A DNA stretch of 64,000 bases, taken from assembly GCA_050261115.1 (NCBI GenBank), contig JBLNCY010000010.1, positions 64,001 to 128,000 on the forward strand. The letters run 5' to 3'. The notes below the pieces were generated by a model. It made no database searches and had not been told where the DNA came from. It was given only the letters and a program-made list of their open reading frames with translations. Within the stretch, counting starts at the first letter, position 1, and each line of letters starts with the position of its first letter. Position numbers and translations under genes: made by a program. This document shows, piece after piece, positions 10,912 to 21,974 of this stretch. Source of the DNA: Methanocella sp. (GTDB lineage: Archaea > Thermoproteota > Bathyarchaeia > Bathyarchaeales > Bathycorpusculaceae).

Positions 10912-11526
10912 TTGTGGTTTTTTACGGTTGACGCATTAGCAGACCTTTTTCGAGCATCCATTGCGCTTTTCATCATCGTTGACCCCTTCGGTAATATACC
11001 GATCTTCATAGGTTTAACAGAAAAGGTTGAGCCGGCTCAACGACGGAAAGTCTACAACATCGCCATACTCGTGGGGTTTGTGTTGCTTCTCTCTTTTGCA
11101 TTTTTGGGGCAGGAGATCCTGCAGATTTTTGGCTTATCGATTTATGCTTTTCAAATCGCAGGCGGCCTAATGTTACTAATCGTTGCGATTCGGATTTTAG
11201 TGACTGGAAATATGCATGAAAACGCGGAGTCACCTGAAAGTTTGGGCGCTGTTCCGATTGCGATGCCCCTGCTGGTAGGCCCAGGCGCCATCACCACAAC
11301 CATTTTCAACCTCCAAGCGTATGGCACAATAATTTCCATCCTATCCGTGTTGATTGTGCTGTCGATTACTTGGGTTATTTTGCGGTTTATTAATGTGGTT
11401 TATCGGTTTTTGGGTAAGACAGGGTCGCTTGTTATTGCCAGGGTTATGGCGCTGTTGATTGCTGCCATTGCCGTTCAATATATTTTATCGGGCGCCACCT
11501 ACTTTATCGACACAGGGCAAATATAA
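10912..11526 (+). CDS. MarC family membrane protein
   Basis: LFIIVDPFGNIPIF, VPIAMPLLVGPGAIT. Confidence 0.93.
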   Translation: MWFFTVDALADLFRASIALFIIVDPFGNIPIFIGLTEKVEPAQRRKVYNIAILVGFVLLLSFAFLGQEILQIFGLSIYAFQIAGGLMLLIVAIRILVTGNMHENAESPESLGAVPIAMPLLVGPGAITTTIFNLQAYGTIISILSVLIVLSITWVILRFINVVYRFLGKTGSLVIARVMALLIAAIAVQYILSGATYFIDTGQI

Positions 11527-11568
11527 CGCCAAACAAGCGGCAAAAGAGCGCCACCCATAAACAAGCAC

Positions 11569-11730
11569 ATTTCTATCTGGACGCATTTGCGCAGCCCGAC
11601 ATCTAACCCACCCCTGCAGCCGTACAGCCTCCATCAACAAAGAAACTGCAACCACCCAGACCTGTCCTGTTATTATTTGCAGGGGTTGAGTCTATATATA
11701 AGGGAGGGGGTAGGTCGGCAGAGCAACAGA
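11569..11730 (+). repeat. Dispersed intergenic repeat, copy 2 (long form)
   Basis: Core GGTTGAGTCTATATATAAGGGAGGGGGTAGGTCGGCAGAGCAACAGA at 11684-11730; the upstream ~110 bp is colinear with copy 3. Confidence 0.85.
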
Positions 11731-11748
11731 GACCCATTTTGATTTACG

Positions 11749-12303
11749 CTAGACGGGGAAGTGCATTTCACCCACAGAATAATGCACAATTTCGCCCCGC
11801 CGATTAGTAACAGCCAAAATAAGCTCCTTCTTCTGAGTCTGACACTTCGAAAGCGCATCAGCCAAATCATCAATCGGCAACGGCTTACCTTCCTGCGTAA
11901 CCAAAATCAAGTAAGGCGCAGTGTCTTTGCCGTAAGAGCCACGCTCATAAATACGGAAATCAATACCTGCACCGAAGCCCTCACGAACCACATAGCCCCG
12001 GCTGCGCAGGTCACGGTAGACAAGGTAATTAACCCACGCGTTCTCATTCTTTGCCTCATAGCAATGCAGTAGTTGCTGGAAGTCTACTGTTGCGTTGTCA
12101 GCTGTTTTTGTTTCCAGCATGCCTTTGTCTTGGAGGTAGAGTGCTTCAAAGAAGGCTAAGGTGAAGGTTTTGCCTTCGAGGGTGCCGTATCCGCGGCTGC
12201 TGAGTTGGTCGATGCTGCTCTGCTCTGAGATGATGACGCCTTTGTCGGTTAAGGTGCCGCTTGTTTTGAATTCGACGGGTGCCTTCTTTTGGGTTTCACT
12301 CAT
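11749..12303 (-). CDS. endA: tRNA-intron endonuclease, structural (beta) subunit
   Basis: YLVYRDLRSRGYVV..GIDFRIYERG; lacks the GPG..H catalytic His. Confidence 0.85.
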   Translation of the reverse strand: MSETQKKAPVEFKTSGTLTDKGVIISEQSSIDQLSSRGYGTLEGKTFTLAFFEALYLQDKGMLETKTADNATVDFQQLLHCYEAKNENAWVNYLVYRDLRSRGYVVREGFGAGIDFRIYERGSYGKDTAPYLILVTQEGKPLPIDDLADALSKCQTQKKELILAVTNRRGEIVHYSVGEMHFPV

Positions 12304-12583
12304 TAGGATCAGCTTTACTAGCTTTGATTTGAGGTTTTTGGGTTCTTTAACGTTGCGATGGGTTTAGGGGTTTAATCTATAATGTGACTGAATGTTAGGA
12401 TTGTTTCTAATTCGATACCCACATAGCCTCTATCAGCGCCTGAAAAAACATGAACCAGACAGAGCACTCTGTTTTTACGAAACAACTCTTGCAATCTTGA
12501 GTCATTAATATGCATCCGGCTAAACCTGCACACAACATTTTAATGCATAAGTCAGCCTACAAGGATAAGACAGGTAATCACAA

Positions 12584-14356
12584 TTGAGCAATGAAGCTAA
12601 ATGCAGCAAACCGCAATGCGACAAATTCGTCGCAATCAACGAACTTGCTAAACGCCGAGGCTTCTTCTGGCCTTCCTTTGAAATATACGGCGGAAGCGGC
12701 GGTTTTGTAACTTACGGCCCACTGGGCGCACGTCTAAAACAAAACATCGAATCACGCCTCAGAGACTTGATAGTTAAGAAACTCGGTATTTATGAGATGG
12801 AATCCTCAGTTATCACGCCCGGCAAAGTGTTTGAGGCATCAGGACACGTGGCACATTTCAAGGAGCCTATGGTGGAATGCCAGAATTGCCACACACGCTT
12901 CCGAGCAGACCACCTACTCGAAGACAAGGGCATTAGCCCTGCTGAAGCAGAAAAAATGAGCTTAGAAGAAATCAAAGCCGAAATAGAACGTCACAACATC
13001 ATCTGCCCAGACTGCAAAGGCAAATTCGGAGAACCCACACGATACCTAACCATGTTCGAAACTACCATAGGCCCCTACAGCGGCGCAGTGGGCTACGGCA
13101 GACCCGAAGCGGCACAGAACATCTTTGTCGAATTCAACCGACTCTACAACGTAGCCAGAGAACGCCTACCCTTTGGCTGCATAAACATCGGCAAGGCACT
13201 CAGAAACGAAATCAGCCCACGCCAAGGTCTAATCCGCCTACGAGAATTCACCATCGCCGACTTAGAGTTCTTCTTTGACCCTGAAGAGCCATCATGCGAC
13301 CGCATAGCTGAAGTCGAAAACGAAACCCTCCCCATTCTGCTCTGTGAAACCCGAGAAAAAGACTGCGAAACCGTAACCACCTTTACCGTCCGAGAAGCCC
13401 TCGAAAAAGGCATCATCAAAAATCAGTGGCAAGCATTCTTTATGGCTCAAGCCAAACGTCTACTAACTGACCTTGGCGTACCCGAAACCAAACAGCGATT
13501 CTTAGAAAAGTTCACTTGGGAAAAAGCCCACTATAGCACCCAGAGCTTCGACCAAGAAGTCCTTGTCGACCGCTGGGGCTGGATGGAAGTATCAGGTCAC
13601 GCTTACCGTAGCGACTACGACTTATCCTGCCACATGAAAGCCAGCGGCGTAGACATGACCGTTTACAAAGAATTTCCCAACCCAGTAGAAACCGAGGAAC
13701 TCACAGTTAAGCCGCTTATGGCAAAACTCGGCCCAGTCTACAAGGGCGATGCAGCCAAAGTAGCTGAGGCCTTAGCAAAAATCCCCGCAGAGCAAGTGGC
13801 GGATGCCATGGCTAAAGACGGCAGCATCGTAGTAGATGGTTACCAAGTCTTCAAAGAGCAAGTCGAAATAAGTAAGCAGAAAACCGCCATACGAGGCAAA
13901 CGATTCGTTCCCCATGTGGTGGAGCCAAGTTTTGGCTGCGACCGCCTATTCTACATAGCCTTAGAATACGCATACAGCGTTAAAGACGACCGCGTAGTGC
14001 TTAGCTTCCCAAGAAACATTGCCCCCATTCAAGTCGGAATCTACCCACTGATGAGCAAAGACAGCATGGACACTAAAGCTAAAGAAATCCAAAAACAGCT
14101 CGCCTGCGAGGGCTTCATGACTGACTATGACGAAACCGGCAGCATCGGCAGACGCTATGCCAGAGCAGACGAAGCAGGCATACAACTCGGTATAACCGTC
14201 GACTATGACACTCTAGAGAAGGGCACCGTTACTATACGTGACCGCGACAGTTGGAAGCAAGTCCTCGTCACCATCGCTGACCTACCCAAACTGCTACACC
14301 AATACTTCGAGGGTAAAATAAACTTCACAGACTTAGGGAGCCAAATCGAAACTTAA
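12584..14356 (+). CDS. glyS: Glycine--tRNA ligase (alpha2 type)
   Basis: RPEAAQ, RNEISPRQGLIRLREF, PHVVEPSFG, SIGRRYARADE. Confidence 0.97.
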   Translation: MSNEAKCSKPQCDKFVAINELAKRRGFFWPSFEIYGGSGGFVTYGPLGARLKQNIESRLRDLIVKKLGIYEMESSVITPGKVFEASGHVAHFKEPMVECQNCHTRFRADHLLEDKGISPAEAEKMSLEEIKAEIERHNIICPDCKGKFGEPTRYLTMFETTIGPYSGAVGYGRPEAAQNIFVEFNRLYNVARERLPFGCINIGKALRNEISPRQGLIRLREFTIADLEFFFDPEEPSCDRIAEVENETLPILLCETREKDCETVTTFTVREALEKGIIKNQWQAFFMAQAKRLLTDLGVPETKQRFLEKFTWEKAHYSTQSFDQEVLVDRWGWMEVSGHAYRSDYDLSCHMKASGVDMTVYKEFPNPVETEELTVKPLMAKLGPVYKGDAAKVAEALAKIPAEQVADAMAKDGSIVVDGYQVFKEQVEISKQKTAIRGKRFVPHVVEPSFGCDRLFYIALEYAYSVKDDRVVLSFPRNIAPIQVGIYPLMSKDSMDTKAKEIQKQLACEGFMTDYDETGSIGRRYARADEAGIQLGITVDYDTLEKGTVTIRDRDSWKQVLVTIADLPKLLHQYFEGKINFTDLGSQIET

Positions 14357-14429
14357 GTAGCTACCTTTTTTAATACTCAGGTGTTAACTTAATGATCAAT
14401 CCACGGATGATTATAGCGGGGGAAAAAGA

Positions 14430-15089
14430 ATAGTCCTTCCATCAGAAACAGAAGAGCGCGTGAAGAGGCGCGCACTCAACGCATGCCAAGAAAACCTACG
14501 GAAAGTAGTCGACGTAACCAGAAAAATCCCTCAACTCGTCGAGTACTTCGCAAGCGGAGACAAAGAGAACGTTCGCCGACTGTTCAGCGAAATTAAAACA
14601 GGCGAAGAAGAAGTCACCAAGGCAAGACGCATGGTCAGCCAAGAACTCGCAGAAATCGGCGCCATACTCTACGCAAGAGAAGACTTTCTACGATTCACTA
14701 ACCTCTCAAGCGAAATCGCAGATTTCAGCGAGGGCATCGCATATTATCTGGTTGAAATCATGGAACACAACTGGGTAGTCCCACCTGAAATCAAAAAAGA
14801 CCTTTTAAAACTCAGCTTAGCCGTACTTGACTCAACCCTCAAACTGCGAGAAACAATGATGGTCCTAAACTATGGGTCACAAAAAACCCTTGAACGAGCA
14901 AAGGACGTCGAGATTGCTGAGCGTATAGTAGACGAGCAGTATCGCGCTTTGACTATCAAGGTTTTGAGTTCTAAACTTGACACCCCTGTTATGCTGCTAC
15001 TAAGAGACGTGTTGCAGTTGCTTGAGAACTCAGCGGATAAAGCTGAAGATGCAGCAGACGCGGCACGTATGGTTTCAATGATAATGTAG
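14430..15089 (+). CDS. DUF47/PhoU-like phosphate transport regulator (start ATA 14430 or GTG 14460)
   Basis: REDFLRF..SEIADFSE and LENSADKAEDAAD motifs; GGGGGA SD upstream of in-frame ATA. Confidence 0.85.
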   Translation: MVLPSETEERVKRRALNACQENLRKVVDVTRKIPQLVEYFASGDKENVRRLFSEIKTGEEEVTKARRMVSQELAEIGAILYAREDFLRFTNLSSEIADFSEGIAYYLVEIMEHNWVVPPEIKKDLLKLSLAVLDSTLKLRETMMVLNYGSQKTLERAKDVEIAERIVDEQYRALTIKVLSSKLDTPVMLLLRDVLQLLENSADKAEDAADAARMVSMIM

Positions 15090-15101
15090 CAGGCGAGCCA
15101 G

Positions 15102-15656
15102 ATGCCACAGATAAGAGTGGAACTCATCGAAAACTTTCTAGTCGTATGGAACCCCACTGAGGGCTCCCAACTCTACAAAACCGCCTATTATGGCAAACCC
15201 ATCGGGATCCCCAAACCAAAAATTCCCGAATTCGACGTACCGCTCATTTTAGACTTAATGGAAGGCCTCTACTTAGCGGAAACAGGAAAAATCGACATAT
15301 ACGAGGACCCTGACGAAGAAAAGGTCAGCTTAGAAAAACTTCGAGACAAGGCTAAAGAGCTCTATGATGAATTCGAGGAAAAATATGCAGTTTATCAAGA
15401 CATGCGGAACAGCGGCTTAATTGTAACCCCCGGTATAAAGTTTGGCTGTGACTTCGCAGTTTACAAGTATGGCCCCGGCGTGGAACATGCACCCTACATG
15501 GTTACCGTAAAAAGGGCTGGTTCAACGATTTCTGCTACGGAGATTGTAAAAAACGGGCGGCTTGCAACCACTGTGCGAAAACGTTTCATTATTGCTGTTC
15601 CCGATTTAGAGACACAGCAAATAAAATATTTGATGTTTAAGTGGTTTAAGGCTTAG
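15102..15656 (+). CDS. endA: tRNA-intron endonuclease, catalytic (alpha) subunit
   Basis: GIKFGCDFAVYKYGPGVEHAPY..RLATTVRK (Tyr/His/Lys triad); YGKPIGIPKPK loop. Confidence 0.95.
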   Translation: MPQIRVELIENFLVVWNPTEGSQLYKTAYYGKPIGIPKPKIPEFDVPLILDLMEGLYLAETGKIDIYEDPDEEKVSLEKLRDKAKELYDEFEEKYAVYQDMRNSGLIVTPGIKFGCDFAVYKYGPGVEHAPYMVTVKRAGSTISATEIVKNGRLATTVRKRFIIAVPDLETQQIKYLMFKWFKA

Positions 15657-15658
15657 GC

Positions 15659-16954
15659 TTAATTGGCGATTATGGTTTGGTTTTGGAATTCGCCTCTGAC
15701 CTGTTGATGGGGGTAAACTTTTGTTGCAACCAAATTACAGCCAGCATCTAAAGCTACATCGTCTGCTACTACGCTTACCGAAGTGATTTTTGTGGGCTTG
15801 CTGCAGCTAGAGTTAACCGCTACGTGCCTGCCGATTATGCTGTCATAGATTTCTGCGTTATCACCTATTATTACTCGGTCTAGGATCGCCGAGTTAACAA
15901 TGGTCACGTTTTTACCAATGCGAGTAAAGTTGTCTATGCATGAGTTTACTATGCGTGCGCCATCTTCGATTTCACAGTGGCGACCGATCAGTACTGCACC
16001 TTCGAATGTGATTTTCTTTTGCTTGATTTTCTGGATGATGTCTTGGCGTCGTTTCTCGGAGTCGTCGCTTTCGCCTTGTAAGAATATCAATGCATCGTCG
16101 GATAATTTGCCGCCAAAGTCTTTGAGTGTTGAGAAGCCGCCGTGCAGCAGGTTTTTCATGGCTTCTAGATAATTCTTCGGGGTGCCGACATCAAACCAGT
16201 TGCCTTTAAGCGTGTAGCCATAGACTGGACGACCCGTCGAAATCACATAGGGTATGAAGTCATAGCCGAAGTCTAGGCGGTTTTTCTCTTTGATGATTTG
16301 CTGTACGCCTTTCTCTTTGAAGATCTTACGGATCTCAGGAGACATAAGGTACAGCCCGGTATTGGCTAGGTTGCTTGGGGCGTCCTTGGGCTCGGGTTTT
16401 TCGACGAATTTTCTGATTCTACCACAGCTATCGATGTCAGCTATACCTAAACCTTCAACGCAATCGACTTCACGAAGAACTATCGTTAGACAAGCGTCAT
16501 TCTTTCTATGGAAATCGAATAGGTTCTTGACGTTTATGTCAAAGATGTTATCGCCCTGAACCGCGAAAATTGGGTTGTTTAGGTCATAATACTCCATGTT
16601 TATGCGTGCAGAATCCGCGCTGCCCAAGTCGGGAACGTTCGGTTGATACTTTATGTGGATCTGCGGGCGGATATCATAGTTCGCCGAGAATCCGGCACCT
16701 GACTCAAAATAATCGTATAGATCACGGTAATTTGTGTAGCCTTTTACTCCGAAGATGAAATTTCTTATTCCTTGGCTTGCGAGCGATAAGAGTGAGAACT
16801 CTACTAGAGGTCTGTTAAGTAGGCGTATGCAGGCTTTGCTGGTTTCAGCCGTGAGAGGCAGGAGCCTTGTTGCTTTTCCGCCTACTGGAATGATTACTCT
16901 GATTTTGTCTGGTGAATAGTTATCGCCTACTAGAGGTGCGTATCTATCGCTCAA
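15659..16954 (-). CDS. NDP-sugar pyrophosphorylase with C-terminal left-handed beta-helix
   Basis: GGKATRLLPLT, QGD, FVEKP, WFDVGT, hexapeptide repeats. Confidence 0.9.
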   Translation of the reverse strand: MSDRYAPLVGDNYSPDKIRVIIPVGGKATRLLPLTAETSKACIRLLNRPLVEFSLLSLASQGIRNFIFGVKGYTNYRDLYDYFESGAGFSANYDIRPQIHIKYQPNVPDLGSADSARINMEYYDLNNPIFAVQGDNIFDINVKNLFDFHRKNDACLTIVLREVDCVEGLGIADIDSCGRIRKFVEKPEPKDAPSNLANTGLYLMSPEIRKIFKEKGVQQIIKEKNRLDFGYDFIPYVISTGRPVYGYTLKGNWFDVGTPKNYLEAMKNLLHGGFSTLKDFGGKLSDDALIFLQGESDDSEKRRQDIIQKIKQKKITFEGAVLIGRHCEIEDGARIVNSCIDNFTRIGKNVTIVNSAILDRVIIGDNAEIYDSIIGRHVAVNSSCSKPTKITSVSVVADDVALDAGCNLVATKVYPHQQVRGEFQNQTIIAN

Positions 16955-17027
16955 AACCCATCAACCTTGACTTTAAAGAGAGCAATTAATCCTTTTAATG
17001 TTTGTCATATGATCGGTAACTGGGCTG

Positions 17028-17450
17028 CTACATTGCCTTCTTAAAAGTGGGTAACCTAACCAAATGCACAGTAACACCCGCAGCCACACACAACAAAATG
17101 ACCTGGACCAATAGTAATTCGTTAAAAATGAAAAGTGCCGAAAACGCAATCGAGCCCCAAAGAACAGTGAGGGCTAATATCTTGGTTTTCATTGGTATAC
17201 CTTTGCCGGCCTGATAGTTTTTGATGTATTCTCCAAACCAGCGGTTGTTGATGAGCCACTTATGCATCCGCTCCGAACTACGCATATAGCACGCCGCTGC
17301 CAATAGGAGAAAAGGCGTTGTGGGCAGAACAGGTAAAAAGATGCCAATGGCGCCTAAACATAAGCATATGGTGCCGGCCGCTATGAGTAAGGCTCTGACA
17401 ACTCTTTGCTTTTTTACCTTTGAAACTGGAACGTCAGGTTGTGCTGTCAT
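17028..17450 (-). CDS. YbaN/DUF454 family membrane protein
   Basis: GAIGIFLPVLPTTPFLLLAAACYMRSS; start placed at ATG 17450. Confidence 0.9.
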   Translation of the reverse strand: MTAQPDVPVSKVKKQRVVRALLIAAGTICLCLGAIGIFLPVLPTTPFLLLAAACYMRSSERMHKWLINNRWFGEYIKNYQAGKGIPMKTKILALTVLWGSIAFSALFIFNELLLVQVILLCVAAGVTVHLVRLPTFKKAM

Positions 17451-17615
17451 CCATTTTCCCTTTCTCCATCGTTTTTCAATAATAAAAAGGCTATGCAAAT
17501 AGGCATGGTTCTGTGTGTGGGTGTTAGTTGACCTGTTTTGGATTGGTAAGCTTGTTGGTTGTTCATGCAAATAATTTATCGGGAATTCTAAGAAGACGTC
17601 GCTTTGTTTTGAGGG

Positions 17616-17763
17616 TCTGCTGCTTTGCTAACCTATCCTCTCCCTATATATAGATTCAACAACCGCCGACAATAACCAAATACACCTGGGCGTTTGCAGG
17701 TTCATGGGGTTGAGGGCTGTATGAATGTGGGATGGGTTGATTGTTGGCTGCACAACCGCATCC
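17616..17763 (-). repeat. Dispersed intergenic repeat, copy 3 (long form)
   Basis: Reverse-strand core GTTGAATCTATATATAGGGAGAGGATAGGTTAGCAAAGCAGCAGA; colinear with copy 2 across ~150 bp. Confidence 0.85.
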
Positions 17764-17868
17764 GCCTGTGCCACGATGACCTCTCTTTTATAATCTCTTT
17801 CGCCTTGATGTGTTTTTGGAAAGCCATATAGCTTAGAAACCCAACCCATTCACACTTAAAGGATAAAA

Positions 17869-18534
17869 ATGTTAGTTGCCGGCGTTGACGAAGCGGGAAG
17901 AGGCTGCGTGATAGGTCCCCTAGTCGTCGCTGGCATCGCGGTAAAGACAGAAAACCTGCCTCTAATCGTCGGATTAGGCGTCAAAGACTCCAAACTCCTA
18001 ACCCCTAAAAAACGTGAAGCGCTCTACCCTGAAATTCTGAAACTTGTCCAAAGCTATCATATCATAAAAGTCCTGCCCTACGTTATCGATAAAGCGGTGC
18101 GGTCTACGCAGACAAACTTTAAGCTTAATCGGCTTGAGGCTCGGACGATGGCAAAGGTGATTGAGACCTTAAAACCCGACGAAGCCTATGTGGATGCGGC
18201 TGACGTTTTGCAGGATCGATTCGGCGAATACATCAAAGAATACCTCACCATAAAACCCAACATTATCTCAAGACACAAAGCTGATGTAACCTATCCAGTA
18301 GTTTCCGCCGCATCAATCATTGCTAAGGTCGAACGTGACCACGAACTTGAGACAATAAAAGAGAAGTATGGCGACTGCGGCACCGGTTACTTGGGTGATG
18401 ACAAAACCACAGTATTTCTTAGGCGTATGCTAGAGGAAAATGGCGGTAGCTATCCGAGTTGTGTTAGGAAATCTTGGGCGCCCGCTAAACGTGTAAAGGC
18501 GGAGCATGGAAGCGTCCAAAAAACCCTTCGTTAA
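17869..18534 (+). CDS. rnhB: Ribonuclease HII
   Basis: GVDEAGRG, DSKLL, VSAASIIAKVERD. Confidence 0.97.
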   Translation: MLVAGVDEAGRGCVIGPLVVAGIAVKTENLPLIVGLGVKDSKLLTPKKREALYPEILKLVQSYHIIKVLPYVIDKAVRSTQTNFKLNRLEARTMAKVIETLKPDEAYVDAADVLQDRFGEYIKEYLTIKPNIISRHKADVTYPVVSAASIIAKVERDHELETIKEKYGDCGTGYLGDDKTTVFLRRMLEENGGSYPSCVRKSWAPAKRVKAEHGSVQKTLR

Positions 18535-18635
18535 GTTTCTAAATTATTGCATTTTGTAACATACAAACGATACAATTTATTAAGCCCCTTATAATAATCT
18601 GAATACATAGACAAACGAATTTTGGGCGGCAAGGC

Positions 18636-21084
<2,449 letters not shown>

Positions 21085-21091
21085 ATCTGCC

Positions 21092-21973
21092 TTGAAGGTT
21101 GAACCCGAATGCGCATCCTGCCTACTTAGCCGGGCACAAATCCAGACTTATCAAGCCACCACTAACCCCGCACTACGCTTCCGCTGCCTAGCCGAAATTA
21201 TCAAGCTTCTTAACAGAGAGTTTAAGCCCACTTCTTGCGCCGCAGTAATCGGCACTAAACGCGACCGAATCATCCGCAAACTCACAGACTGCGACGACCC
21301 CTACAAGTACAATAAGAAACTAGCCAACCAAAAAGCCCTCAAAATGCGCTCACATGCTAAGAAGATGGTGGAGTCCGGCTACAATCAGCAGGAACGCTTC
21401 AAAAAAGCGGTGCTCTGCGCCATTGTAGGCAACATCATGGAGTTTGACATTCCCGGTCACAGATTTACCTTAAACAGTCTTGCGACCGTAATGCGGGAAG
21501 CAGCAAAAGACCTCGTCATCGACGACATCGACAAGGCATACGAGTTGGCTAAGAAGGCGCAGAGTGTCCTGTTTTTGGCTGATAACGCGGGGGAAATCGT
21601 GTTTGACACTTTGCTAGTTGAGCAACTCAAAAACATGGGGCTCAAGGTAATCTATGCAGTTAAGGGCGGCCCAGTAATTAATGACGCCACCATGGAGGAC
21701 GCCGAAATCTCCGACATGGATAAGCTTGCCGATGACGTCATAACTACAGGCGCCGATGCGGTGGGTCTGCAGAAAGAGGAGTGCTCAGCAGAGTTCCTCA
21801 AAGTCTATGAGGACGCGGAACTTGTCTTTGCCAAGGGGATGGGCTACGCAGAAACCCTGACCGAATACAAATTAACCAAGCCACACTTCTTGATGTTTAG
21901 AACAAAATGCACGCCTGTGGCGAACTATTTTTGCGTTCCAAGGGACAAAAACGTAGCAAAACTGTTGACTTAG
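21092..21973 (+). CDS. DUF89/ARMT1-like damage-control phosphatase
   Basis: ECASC, DPY, LADNAGEIVFD, INDAT, KGMGYAE; start TTG 21092. Confidence 0.92.
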   Translation: MKVEPECASCLLSRAQIQTYQATTNPALRFRCLAEIIKLLNREFKPTSCAAVIGTKRDRIIRKLTDCDDPYKYNKKLANQKALKMRSHAKKMVESGYNQQERFKKAVLCAIVGNIMEFDIPGHRFTLNSLATVMREAAKDLVIDDIDKAYELAKKAQSVLFLADNAGEIVFDTLLVEQLKNMGLKVIYAVKGGPVINDATMEDAEISDMDKLADDVITTGADAVGLQKEECSAEFLKVYEDAELVFAKGMGYAETLTEYKLTKPHFLMFRTKCTPVANYFCVPRDKNVAKLLT

Positions 21974-21974
21974 C

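Noticed and set aside
11684-11730. Repeat core as origin recognition box (G-string)
   Set aside because: No TTCCAG/GGAAA ORB consensus, copies are dispersed, and there is no orc1/cdc6 gene
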